Source of the DNA: Kiloniellaceae bacterium
GTDB lineage: Bacteria > Pseudomonadota > Alphaproteobacteria > Kiloniellales > J153
DNA: 64,000 nt
Direction of reading: 5' to 3'
Assembly: GCA_021776095.1 (NCBI GenBank)
Contig: JAJFGO010000098.1
Location: forward strand, 23,094 to 87,093
The notes beneath the pieces are model-generated. The model ran no database searches and was not told the origin of the DNA. It saw only the letters and a list, made by a program, of their open reading frames with translations. The stretch's first letter is position 1. Every line of letters begins with the position of its first letter. Below, one piece after another: positions 28,254 to 37,578 of the stretch. Both the position numbers and the translations under genes were made by a program.

Positions 28254-29771
28254 CTAACCTGTCTTGTGCGCCACCCGTTTGGCGAGAACCCGTCGGCGCG
28301 GCAAGTAGACAATTGCGTCGGTTCCCCGGCCAGGGGTGCTGTTGAGCTCGAATCGGCCGTCCAGCAGATTGGTCAGAGCCAACACCAATGGCAGCCCAAG
28401 CCCGGTCCCCGCGGTTTCGCGGCTGAACGCACTGGCGATCTGACCGAAGGGTTCTAGTGCCTTGCTCACATCTTCCGGCGCGATACCGATCCCCGTGTCG
28501 CTAACTGTCAGGCGGAGTTCGCCCTCCCCGGTTTTCTCCGCGATTATCTTGACCTTGCTGTTGGCGTCCGAGAATTTCACTGCATTGGAGAGCAAATTCA
28601 AAAGGATCTGTTTCATGGCCCGCTCGTCGGCCCAAAGATCCCCGAGGTCAGGAACGATGGTGCAATCGAACGTGATTCTGGCCGCTTTGGCTCGATCCCG
28701 AATCATGCGCAAACAACTCTTGACGATATCGGCGAGCTCCATCTGATCTTCGTGAAGCTCGAATTTGCCCGACTCGATCTTCGAGAGGTCGAGGATGTCG
28801 TTGATCAAGCTGAGCAGGTGGGTGCCGCTGTAATGGATATCGTAAGCGTAATCTGTGTACTCGTCATTGCCCATTGGCCCCCGGATCTCGTGGGTCATAA
28901 GCTCTGAAAAGCCGATGATCGCGTTGAGCGGCGTGCGCAACTCGTGACTAATGTTGGCTAGGAACTCGGATTTGGCGCGGCTAGCTAGTTCCGCCATTTC
29001 CTTGGCTCTGACCAACATGTCTTCCGACCGTTTTCTCTCGGTCACGTCGAGGCAGACCACAACGAGGCCGTCGTCGTCGGTTCGGTTATAGCGAATTTCG
29101 ATCGCACGCCCATCGTCCCGGATGTATTCTCGGTGCTTTTCTTCGGGCAGGCAGACAAGTTTCAGCGCCTTGACCGCCCGTTCGCTCAACGGGCCCATCT
29201 CGGCCTCGAACTGGCCCGAGAAACCGTCCAAATTCTCGAATCCGTCCTTGATTGCCAACATTTCCAGGAACCGGTCGTTCCATGCGATCAGCCGCATAGA
29301 CCTGTCGAACGCGGCAATTCCGGAGCCCGTGTTGTCGAGCGTCATTTGGAGCAGCATGGAGCGACTCATCGTCGCCTTGCGCGCCGCTGCGGCGCTGACC
29401 GCGTAACGAATGGATCGCTCCAGTAATGGGGCCGTCAGGCTGCTCTTTTCCAGGTAGTCGGCGGCGCCGGCCTCCATCGCGGCTAAATCGATCTCCCGGT
29501 CGCCGAGGCCGGTGAGCAGGATCATGGGTGTCGCACAGCCGGCGGCGACAGCTTCGCGCACCATCTCCACCCCTGTGGTTCCGCCAAAATAGTGGTCGAT
29601 CAAGATGACATCGTAGTACCCGGACTTGAGCCGCTCGAGGCCTGAGTCGTAATCCGGAACCCAATGCAAATTGTACTTGGTGCCCTCAATTTCGCCCAGC
29701 AGTTCGCGAGTCAGAAGATAATCGTCCTCGTCATCTTCGATCAGCAGAACTTGAAGGGTCTTCCCGGACAT
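28254..29771 (-). CDS. Hybrid response regulator-histidine kinase (REC, PAS, HisKA, HATPase_c)
   Basis: 505 aa. REC with the DD pair (IEDDEDD), phospho-acceptor D in VILIDHY and K in AADYLEK. H-box [19 protein letters not shown] and G-box GTGLGLPLV. Confidence 0.9.
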   Translation of the reverse strand: MSGKTLQVLLIEDDEDDYLLTRELLGEIEGTKYNLHWVPDYDSGLERLKSGYYDVILIDHYFGGTTGVEMVREAVAAGCATPMILLTGLGDREIDLAAMEAGAADYLEKSSLTAPLLERSIRYAVSAAAARKATMSRSMLLQMTLDNTGSGIAAFDRSMRLIAWNDRFLEMLAIKDGFENLDGFSGQFEAEMGPLSERAVKALKLVCLPEEKHREYIRDDGRAIEIRYNRTDDDGLVVVCLDVTERKRSEDMLVRAKEMAELASRAKSEFLANISHELRTPLNAIIGFSELMTHEIRGPMGNDEYTDYAYDIHYSGTHLLSLINDILDLSKIESGKFELHEDQMELADIVKSCLRMIRDRAKAARITFDCTIVPDLGDLWADERAMKQILLNLLSNAVKFSDANSKVKIIAEKTGEGELRLTVSDTGIGIAPEDVSKALEPFGQIASAFSRETAGTGLGLPLVLALTNLLDGRFELNSTPGRGTDAIVYLPRRRVLAKRVAHKTG

Positions 29772-29783
29772 GGGCTTTCGTGC

Positions 29784-30248
29784 CTAGGCGACCGCCGCCC
29801 GCGCGGGCGGCAGTTCGACAATCTCGATCCAATAGGCGCCGAGCACTTGAACGACCTTGACAAGGCCCTCGAAGGTCACCGGCTTGGCGATGAACGAGCT
29901 GACCCCCAGCCCGTAGGTGCGTACGATATCTTCCTCGGCCTTCGATGTGGTAAGCACAATCACCGGAATTTGTTGAAACGCTGGGTTGGCCTTGATTTGT
30001 TTGAGCGCCTCGCGGCCGTCCATCTTCGGCATGTTGAGATCGAGCAGGATCATCCCGGGAAAAGGTGCGCGGCCCGCATCGGCGTATTCCCCTTCGCGGT
30101 TCAAATAGGCCAGTAACTGCTCGCCGTCTTCGACAAAGCGAAGATCGTTGGAAAGCCGACTTTCGTCGAAGGCGTCTTGAAGCAACATGCGGTCGTCGGC
30201 GTCGTCCTCGGCGACCAGGATCGTGATTGGTTTGGTATGCCTGCTCAT
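29784..30248 (-). CDS. Single-domain response regulator (Rcp1/CheY-like receiver)
   Basis: 154 aa starting at MSRHTKPITILVAEDDADD. Contains LLDLNMPKMDG, IPVIVLTTS and SFIAKP. The start is placed 2 nt after the upstream kinase stop; the ORF-track start at 30365 overlaps that kinase. Confidence 0.9.
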   Translation of the reverse strand: MSRHTKPITILVAEDDADDRMLLQDAFDESRLSNDLRFVEDGEQLLAYLNREGEYADAGRAPFPGMILLDLNMPKMDGREALKQIKANPAFQQIPVIVLTTSKAEEDIVRTYGLGVSSFIAKPVTFEGLVKVVQVLGAYWIEIVELPPARAAVA

Positions 30249-30250
30249 GT

Positions 30251-32434
30251 CTATGCTTCCTTCACCGTCTGATTCACTGGCAAGACGGCGGTGAACGTCG
30301 TACCTGCACCCAGTTCGCTCTTGGCATAAATTTCGCCGCCGTGCCGTTCGGCGATTTTTCGGCATGTTGCCAGACCGATGCCGGTGCCCTCATACTCAGC
30401 GCGGCCGTGCAAGCGCTGAAAGATGCTGAAGATCTGTTCTGCGTGTTTCATCTTGAAGCCGATCCCGTTATCCGAAACGTTGAGTTGGCAGACATCGCCC
30501 GGAAACGGCGACGCGAGCGATTGACGTCGCACACCCGATAAGACCTGGCTGTGGATCTTGACTATGGGTTGAGCATCTTTCTTGCGGAATTTGAGGGCAT
30601 TGCTGATAAGATTTTGCAACAGCTGGCGCATTTGCGTTTGGTCTGCATCGATCACGGGCAAATCACCGATTTCGACCGTGGCTCCAGAATCTTCGATCTG
30701 GATTTGTAGGTCGGAGACAACCTCCTCGGCGATCTGTTTAAGGGCGCAGGATTCGAAGGGCTGCGCCTTGCTGGTGACCCGGGAGTAGGACAAGAGGTCG
30801 TTGATAAGGTCACGCATGCGTCGTGTAGAGGATTGAATCCGGTTCAGGTAAAGCCCCGCCTCTTCGCCGAGTTCGTCGCTGCACTTGCGCTCCAGCCGGT
30901 CGCCGAAGGCTTCGATCTTGCGCAACGGTTCTTGCAGATCGTGGGACGCAATGGACGCGAAATCCTGCAATTCCTGATTGCTGCGCTCCAGAGCTGCGGC
31001 GCGGTCCTTCAACTCGGTAATGTCGGTGTACACCACAGCCGTGCCGCCATCGGTGGTGCGGTTCTCGTTAGTCAGGACCCAGCGGCCATTCGGCAGGCGC
31101 CATTCCGCTACGTGGTGGCGCGCGCGGTGCGACTCGATCTGACGGTTTAGTTCTTCGTCTGAGTCGGTGCCGTTGGCCTCGGCGCCGAGGCAACTTTCCA
31201 CTGTGGCCCTCGCGATGGTTTCGTAACTCACGCCGGGCTGGATCAAGTCTTTGAGTTCCGGGAAAAGGCCTCGGAAATGACTATTGCAGACCACCAGACG
31301 GTCGTCCTTGTCGTACAGCACCAGCCCTTGGGAAATGCTCTCCAGGATGACTTCTCGGGTTCGCGCCTCGGTCGCGGCGGCCTCGAGTTCCGCTTCCTTG
31401 ATCCGAGTGGCGTCCAGGATCACGCCGTCCCACATGACGGTGCCGTCGGGCTCCTTGTGCGGCCGGGCGATGGCGTGAGTGAATTTTCGCTGACCGTCCC
31501 GGCTGACAATGGTCGCCTCGACATCCCACATTTTCATTGCCCGGGTGGCCTCAAGCAGCCGGTCACGAAAGGTTTCGCGGTATTGTGCGCCGTGGCAGTC
31601 GAACAGGGCGTTGGGATCGGCTAGGATTTCTTGGGGAGCAACACCGAACATGTCCATCACGCCGTCGCTGATGTAGGTGTAGCGGATTTGACCGGCTGGC
31701 GTGACCATGCGCTGGTAAACGACGCCTGGGATGTTCGCGGCGAGGGATGCGAAGCGTTGGTCGGCGGAGCGCAATGCCTCGGCCCAGCCATCATGTTCTA
31801 TGGCGAAACGGGCGAGATCGGCGAGCGAGGCCAGGATACGTTTGTCGCCGAGCCCCGGCACGCGTGGCGTGCGGAAATAGACCGCCAGCACCCCCACGGG
31901 CGTGCCCATACGGCCCAGGATGGGATGGGCCCAACAGGACGTCAAACCATAGGATAAAGCAGTATTGGGGGACTGGGCCTCGGAAGGATGGCTCGAGGTC
32001 AGGGTTTCCGGCAAATAAATCGGCTTGCCCGTGGCCGCCGACAAGGTGCTGGGCGAGGACATTTCCACCGTGCCGGCCTGATCGACGGCCTGCAGATATC
32101 CCGGCGGAAAGTTCGGCGCGGCAGCATGGACCAGTTGTTTACTCTCGGGGTCCATCACCTGCACCGAACATATCGCTTGTTCAATAACTTGTTCGGCGAG
32201 ATTCGCAATGCGTGTGAGGGTTTCCTTGAGCGTCGCGCGCGTGGAAATCAGGCTGAGGACCTCGGTCTGCCCATGGAGCAGGGTGAGCAGGCGCTCCCGC
32301 TCCGCGGCGTCCATTTCCAAGGAAGAGCCCGTGGGCAGGGCCGCCGGCCCAACGCCATGTGGGGCCGATGCATCTCGTTGTGAATCCGCGCTCTGCTCTG
32401 TGGCGAGCACAGCCTCGTTTGGATTTGGCGTCAT
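30251..32434 (-). CDS. Cytoplasmic sensor histidine kinase: GAF, PAS (the shared module), second PAS, phytochrome-type HisKA, HATPase_c
   Basis: 727 aa. H-box FASIASHDLQEPLRKI and G-box GTGIGLATCRK. The PAS module at about 31380-31756 (RFASLAANIPGVVYQRMVTPAGQIRYTYISDG...WDGVILDATRIKEAELE) is homologous to both PAS units of the 25920 kinase. Confidence 0.9.
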   Translation of the reverse strand: MTPNPNEAVLATEQSADSQRDASAPHGVGPAALPTGSSLEMDAAERERLLTLLHGQTEVLSLISTRATLKETLTRIANLAEQVIEQAICSVQVMDPESKQLVHAAAPNFPPGYLQAVDQAGTVEMSSPSTLSAATGKPIYLPETLTSSHPSEAQSPNTALSYGLTSCWAHPILGRMGTPVGVLAVYFRTPRVPGLGDKRILASLADLARFAIEHDGWAEALRSADQRFASLAANIPGVVYQRMVTPAGQIRYTYISDGVMDMFGVAPQEILADPNALFDCHGAQYRETFRDRLLEATRAMKMWDVEATIVSRDGQRKFTHAIARPHKEPDGTVMWDGVILDATRIKEAELEAAATEARTREVILESISQGLVLYDKDDRLVVCNSHFRGLFPELKDLIQPGVSYETIARATVESCLGAEANGTDSDEELNRQIESHRARHHVAEWRLPNGRWVLTNENRTTDGGTAVVYTDITELKDRAAALERSNQELQDFASIASHDLQEPLRKIEAFGDRLERKCSDELGEEAGLYLNRIQSSTRRMRDLINDLLSYSRVTSKAQPFESCALKQIAEEVVSDLQIQIEDSGATVEIGDLPVIDADQTQMRQLLQNLISNALKFRKKDAQPIVKIHSQVLSGVRRQSLASPFPGDVCQLNVSDNGIGFKMKHAEQIFSIFQRLHGRAEYEGTGIGLATCRKIAERHGGEIYAKSELGAGTTFTAVLPVNQTVKEA

Positions 32435-32833
32435 GACACCTCAACCAATGCGTAACGCTAGTCCGTCGGGACAGACCGGGCCGTTGCAACTCAAACAGTT
32501 TGTGCAATTTCCGGTTTAAAAAGCATTAATGATTAGTGGTAAGTAAAAAAGTTTAGAGACTTTTAAAAACTGTTAGTTAATTTACTTCTATAATAATAGT
32601 TGCTTACCGATTTTTAACCGCTGCCTTAGACAATCCCTTCACCATCATTCGGCTTCTACCAGCATGGAGTGTGTATCCGGATGCCTTCGCAAGCAGCTGA
32701 AACGAATGCCCCGGCGTCCCAGGCCGGCGTAGAGGGAGTTCCTGTTGGCCCGGACTGCCGTCCGCTCCGCCAAGCGCGCCGGACGGGGCGGCTGGAACAA
32801 CTCGAGTCCCAAGTTAGCCAGTTGCTGGAGCGA

Positions 32834-33928
32834 ATGAACATTGCGGTCATTTACGGCGGGGATAAGTCTGTCGAGGGCGCAGTCATCAATCAGACCCAGA
32901 ACCCTCGCTCGTGGAAGAGTTACCAGGCCGTCGCCCAAGACATCGCGGATGCCCTAATACGGCTGGGCGCCAAAAGCGTGAGTCTGATGCCGGACGATAT
33001 GACGCTCGGCGATCGCTTGCGTCAGGACAATATTCATTTTGCCTGGCTGAACACCGGCGGCGTACAGGGTTACGATTCCATGTCCCATTGCGCCGCCATG
33101 CTCGAGATGATCGGCATTCCCTATGTTGGCCATCATCCGCTTACCGCCGGCATCTTGGACAACAAGCACACCTTCAAGCGCCAGTTGAACGCGCTGAGAA
33201 TTCCGACCGCCGACTTCATGACCTGGCATGAATTGCGCGACGAGCACGATTTCGTAAACGGTCGGCAGTTCAAGGAGGTCTTCGCGGACTACCCGGGCCC
33301 CTACGTTGTAAAGCCGGTCTGCGGTCGTGCCTCCCTGCACGTCAATATTGTAGATACGACTGCAGAATTGATGGATTGCGTGGCGGAGGTTTACCAGGCG
33401 ACCGAGAACCACGTTCTGATCGAAAAGTTTCTGCCGGGCAAGGAATACACCGTCGCTGTTTGCGGATCGATCATAGCCCAGGGAAAGAATCTGATTCAGT
33501 TGAAGGAGCCGCTCGTGTTCTCGCCGATCGAGCGTGTCCTTTTGCCGGACGAGAAGATCTTCACCTCCATGGACCTGCGCCCGATCACCAAGGACCGTTT
33601 GCGTCTGCTAGGATCGGACAGCGACCCGGATGTCTACGAAAAGTTAGTGGAGATCGCGCAAGAAGTTTTCACGCAAATGGATCTTGAGACGCTGATACGT
33701 CTAGACCTGAGGATGGATGTGGACGGCAGGTTCAACGTTCTCGAGGCCAATCCGAAACCGGACCTGAAGCGCCCCACTGGCGACAAGACCAGCATCGTGT
33801 GCGCGGGTTTGCAAGCCGTGGGCATGGACTATGACGATCTAATCTTTTCCCTGCTGGTCGATCAAATCGATTTTCTGTTTTGTCAACGTCGCGGGACGGT
33901 AACCACCCTCTCGGCCCTTTTGGATTGA
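32834..33928 (+). CDS. D-alanine--D-alanine ligase-like ATP-grasp enzyme
   Basis: Ddl-type N-domain (MNIAVIYGGDKS...), central DNKHTFKRQL and YVVKPVCGRASLHV, and C-terminal RLDLRMDVDGRFNVLEANPKP. The ORF is open from 32669, so up to 55 extra N-terminal residues are possible. Confidence 0.85.
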   Translation: MNIAVIYGGDKSVEGAVINQTQNPRSWKSYQAVAQDIADALIRLGAKSVSLMPDDMTLGDRLRQDNIHFAWLNTGGVQGYDSMSHCAAMLEMIGIPYVGHHPLTAGILDNKHTFKRQLNALRIPTADFMTWHELRDEHDFVNGRQFKEVFADYPGPYVVKPVCGRASLHVNIVDTTAELMDCVAEVYQATENHVLIEKFLPGKEYTVAVCGSIIAQGKNLIQLKEPLVFSPIERVLLPDEKIFTSMDLRPITKDRLRLLGSDSDPDVYEKLVEIAQEVFTQMDLETLIRLDLRMDVDGRFNVLEANPKPDLKRPTGDKTSIVCAGLQAVGMDYDDLIFSLLVDQIDFLFCQRRGTVTTLSALLD

Positions 33929-33945
33929 GTGCGGCACGCGGCGGA

Positions 33946-36360
33946 ATGTCAGGACCAGAAAGAATGCGTAAGGTTAGCAAAATCAGAAGGGCCATTTTCA
34001 ACGCGGTGACGATGACCTTCGTCGCCGGCTTGTCCCTGCTACTTTTGCTTTACGTTGGCCACGGCGAGGCCACGCGCACCTATCAGCAGTTCCAGGTCGA
34101 GAAGTTGGCTGCGCAAGGCCAAATCATTCAAAAGTCGATGGATACCTTCTTGCGTGGCGGCTATCCAGTTCGGCAGTTCGTCGGATTCACCACCATGGTC
34201 TCGCCGATCCTAGAGTCCGACCATACGATCGCCGCCATGACCGTGTTCGACCAGTCCGGTCGCTTGGTTTCCGCCGGCGGGGACGACTCGATACCTCTAT
34301 TGGCAAAATCGACCAGCATGAACGCCGACTCTTCGCTCATGGCAGACCTTCGCGAAGATGAACGGTATCTTCAGGTCGTTCTGCCGCTGCGCAACCGTTT
34401 CGAGCAGGTTGGCAGTCTTGCTATCAGCATGCCAAAGGCGGTCATCGTCGAGCGTATCGAGGCGAGTTTTCTGCCGCTGCTCATCGTCGTTGCCGCCTCG
34501 GCGGTCGGGTTCGGTCTTTTCGTCGGCATTGGGGCCCCCTTGCTCACGGGCAAGCGGCGGCGTTGGCTGCAGTATACCTACGCGCTGACCTTCCTGGGCG
34601 CCTCCGCCTTGGTCATTGCGACCCTCATCTCGCTGTATTCGGAAGGGGCGCAGATCAAGACCAAGGCCTTGGCCGATTCTCTTGGCCAACGCTTGACCAG
34701 CATTGTGCAGTTCGGCCTCAACATCACCGAGATTCAAGGCTTGGACCAAGTCCTCGGCGATTATCAACGTCTCAATCCGGACATCAGCGCCGCCGGTTTG
34801 ACCGTCGACCGGATTGTCACCATACATACCGACGAAGCGGCCGTCGGCAAGCCGTGGACAAGCGACGGGGGCAATTACGAATACATCGTCAATCTGACCC
34901 GTCCCGGCGGCCGAGACATCCGGATTGCCGTGGCCATGCCGGCGGACATCGTGTTTCGCCAGGTCTTGCGCAGCGTCAAGAATTTCGCGGCCTTGTTCGT
35001 GGCGTCCGCTTTCGTGGCGGGCGTCTTCCTTCAACTCGCTGGATCGGTGCGGCGCGTGCGCGCGGACGACGATTCTGCCGCTGACCCCTTGGCGCCGACA
35101 CCGGACGCTGAGGAAGCCGATTTGAAGCTAGTCAAACCGGTCTTCTTCATTGCTGTCGTGGCGGAACACCTGACATATGCGTTTCTGCCGCAGTTCATGT
35201 ATAGGGTCACCGAAAGTTCGGGTCTACCCGAAGGGTCGGCTTCGGCCTTGTTCGTAACCTATTATCTGTTCTTTGCGTTGAGCCTGGTGCCGGCAGGTCA
35301 TTTCGCTCAGCACTTTAGCCCACGCCCACTCATGTACGTCGGTATGTCCTTTGCCGCGTTGGGGCTTGGGCTTCTGTCCGTTTATCCTGACTTCTACGTG
35401 GTGCTGGGCGCCCGCGCCTTATCGGGCATTGGCCAAGGCATGCTCTTCATTGGGGTTCAGTCCTACATTTTGGCGACGGCTGCAGAAAACCGAAGAACTC
35501 AAGGTGCATCGATCATCGTTTTTGGTTTCCAAGGCGGCATGATCTCCGGCATGGCGATCGGCTCGCTATTGGTGACGCAGATGGGCCCGGAGGGGGTCTT
35601 TGCGTTGGCCGGCGGGATTGCCGTTTTCATGGCGCTCTATACTCTTGTCGTAGTGCCGAACGTCTCGACTCGGGCCTTAGTAGAGTCCCAGGGCGGTGCG
35701 TCCTTGCGCGTGCTGTTTAGGGATCTGATTCGGGCTATGCGAAGCTTCGAGTTTCTCCGCACCATGTTTCTGATCGGTGTGCCAGCCAAGGCTGTAATGA
35801 CCGGTGTGATCATATTTGCCCTGCCAGTTCTCATGACCAAGGCGCAATACGTTCAGGAGGACATTGGCCAGGTTCTTATGGTCTACGCCGGCGCCGTAGT
35901 GCTGGCGAGCGGCTATGCCTCACGCTCCGTCGACCGGACGGGACGAACCGATCAGGCGTTGTTCTTTGGGTCGATCGTCAGCGGCGCCGGTCTGGTCCTA
36001 ATCGGGGTGACGGGATGGGCGCCGCTCGCTAATCAGGCCAGCAACACCAACCTTCTGACGGTGTTGCTGATCGCAGGCGTCGCCATTGTTGGCATCGCCC
36101 ATGGTTTTATCAACGCGCCCGTGGTGACCCATGTGGCGAATTCCGAGCTTTCCGCAATAACCGGCGAATCTGCGGCGACCGCAGCCTACCGGTTCCTGGA
36201 GCGCCTGGGCCACGTCGCCGGGCCAATCATCGTCGGTCAGCTTTTTCTCTTCGGCGGGCAGGATCCGATGGTGATTGCCTGGATCGGGGGAGGGGTCGCC
36301 GTCCTGGGCGTCCTGTTCCTGATAAAGCCCACACCCACGCAGGTCAGTTACGAGCGTTAG
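33946..36360 (+). CDS. MFS-type permease with an N-terminal extension of about 400 aa containing two TM-bracketed extracytoplasmic sensor-like (Cache/PDC-like) domains
   Basis: The topology read from hydrophobic segments is TM, about 135 aa, TM-TM, about 130 aa, TM, then an acidic linker. An MFS-like core of about 400 aa follows (LTYAFLPQF..., ALSGIGQGMLFIGVQSYI...). Start at 33946 or 33964; the ORF-track start at 33880 overlaps the ATP-grasp gene. Confidence 0.78.
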   Translation: MSGPERMRKVSKIRRAIFNAVTMTFVAGLSLLLLLYVGHGEATRTYQQFQVEKLAAQGQIIQKSMDTFLRGGYPVRQFVGFTTMVSPILESDHTIAAMTVFDQSGRLVSAGGDDSIPLLAKSTSMNADSSLMADLREDERYLQVVLPLRNRFEQVGSLAISMPKAVIVERIEASFLPLLIVVAASAVGFGLFVGIGAPLLTGKRRRWLQYTYALTFLGASALVIATLISLYSEGAQIKTKALADSLGQRLTSIVQFGLNITEIQGLDQVLGDYQRLNPDISAAGLTVDRIVTIHTDEAAVGKPWTSDGGNYEYIVNLTRPGGRDIRIAVAMPADIVFRQVLRSVKNFAALFVASAFVAGVFLQLAGSVRRVRADDDSAADPLAPTPDAEEADLKLVKPVFFIAVVAEHLTYAFLPQFMYRVTESSGLPEGSASALFVTYYLFFALSLVPAGHFAQHFSPRPLMYVGMSFAALGLGLLSVYPDFYVVLGARALSGIGQGMLFIGVQSYILATAAENRRTQGASIIVFGFQGGMISGMAIGSLLVTQMGPEGVFALAGGIAVFMALYTLVVVPNVSTRALVESQGGASLRVLFRDLIRAMRSFEFLRTMFLIGVPAKAVMTGVIIFALPVLMTKAQYVQEDIGQVLMVYAGAVVLASGYASRSVDRTGRTDQALFFGSIVSGAGLVLIGVTGWAPLANQASNTNLLTVLLIAGVAIVGIAHGFINAPVVTHVANSELSAITGESAATAAYRFLERLGHVAGPIIVGQLFLFGGQDPMVIAWIGGGVAVLGVLFLIKPTPTQVSYER

Positions 36361-36369
36361 GAGTTTCCG

Positions 36370-37578
36370 ATGATCAGAATATTTTCGATACGGCGTTTTG
36401 CAGGGTTGATAGCGGCAGCGGCGGCCTTTGTGTTTGTGTCCCTAGCGGTGCCGAATTCAGTTCTTGCCAAGGCCGATTTTTCCAGCTGGTTCCGCTATGG
36501 CGAAGACGTTGAGAAGGCTTGGCGGGTCGAAGCGGTGGACGGCGATCCCAATCAGGTGCGGATCAGCACGCAAAAAAGTAATCCGTCCGGACCCAAGCGC
36601 AAGATCATGGTGGTATATCCGCGCCCGTCGTCTGCCTACGATGTGGCGATCACGAAAATTCTCGCTATCTTCGCCGAAAAAGACATTAACGCGGACATTA
36701 CCGTGGTCAATTTCCTGAAGGAAGACAAGCGCGGTAAGGCCCTGATCAAGCGCGCCGAGAAAGAAGGCTACGAGTTGATGTTCTCCATGGGCTCGGAATC
36801 GACCGATTGGCTCTTTCGGAATTATGGTGGCGGCAAGGTGCCTGTGGTCTCCGTCTGCTCCAAGGATCCGGTCATGCTAGGCCAGGCTAGTGCCTACGAT
36901 CAAGGCACTGGAACGAACTTCGCTTTCACCTCTTTGAATATGCCTGTCGACGTACAAATGGCCTATGTGGTTGATTTCATGCCGCAGGTTAAAAACTTCG
37001 CCATCCTGGTGGACAGCAAGAACGTCAGCGCGGTCGAGACCCAGGCGAAACCCATCGCCGAATACGCCCGGCAGCGCGGCATCCAGGTTCACGAGCTGGC
37101 GGTGAATAACCCGAAGAAGGCCAAGGACGAGTTAAGCGAGTTGGTCAAGTCGGCGGTCGCTACCATGCGCAAGAGCGACCCGACCTTGAGCAACAGCCTG
37201 TTCTGGATCACAGGCAGCACTGCGGTCTTTCGGGAGATCGCCACCATCAACGCCCATTCGGACCGCGTTCCGGTGCTCAGCGTGGTGCCTGAAGTGGTCA
37301 AGGCCGGCGACAATAGTTCCGTCATGTCCATCGGAATCAGCTTCGAAAGCAATGCCCATCTTGCGGCGATCTATGGTGCGGACGTGCTCGCGGGCCGCAA
37401 TCCGGGCGAAATCCCGGTCGGCATCGTGTCCCCGCCCGATATCGCCATTAATTTCCGCAAAGCGCGGGAGATCGGGCTGGAGATACCCTTCAAGTTTCTC
37501 GAGAGCGCGACCTACGTCTATGGCTATGACGGCCAGGTCGTGCGCAACTCGAGGCCGTCGGTGCAATCCGTCAACTAA
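36370..37578 (+). CDS. Periplasmic ABC_sub_bind (PF04392-like, BMP-related) substrate-binding protein, with no cognate ABC permease or ATPase nearby
   Basis: 402 aa. Signal peptide ending VLAKA and AGGAG ahead of the ATG. Family-like blocks KIMVVYPRPSSAYD, VPVVSVCSKDP, NFAILVDSKN and PPDIAINFRKAREIGLEIP. The family assignment rests on recollection of the pattern only. Confidence 0.75.
   Translation: MIRIFSIRRFAGLIAAAAAFVFVSLAVPNSVLAKADFSSWFRYGEDVEKAWRVEAVDGDPNQVRISTQKSNPSGPKRKIMVVYPRPSSAYDVAITKILAIFAEKDINADITVVNFLKEDKRGKALIKRAEKEGYELMFSMGSESTDWLFRNYGGGKVPVVSVCSKDPVMLGQASAYDQGTGTNFAFTSLNMPVDVQMAYVVDFMPQVKNFAILVDSKNVSAVETQAKPIAEYARQRGIQVHELAVNNPKKAKDELSELVKSAVATMRKSDPTLSNSLFWITGSTAVFREIATINAHSDRVPVLSVVPEVVKAGDNSSVMSIGISFESNAHLAAIYGADVLAGRNPGEIPVGIVSPPDIAINFRKAREIGLEIPFKFLESATYVYGYDGQVVRNSRPSVQSVN

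Noticed and set aside
32435-32833. Small precursor-peptide gene (graspetide/RiPP) upstream of the ATP-grasp enzyme.
   Set aside because: The ATP-grasp protein has a Ddl-type N-domain rather than a RimK/microviridin-type one. The only open frame upstream is the in-frame 5' extension of the ligase gene itself, and no separate short ORF with an RBS is visible.
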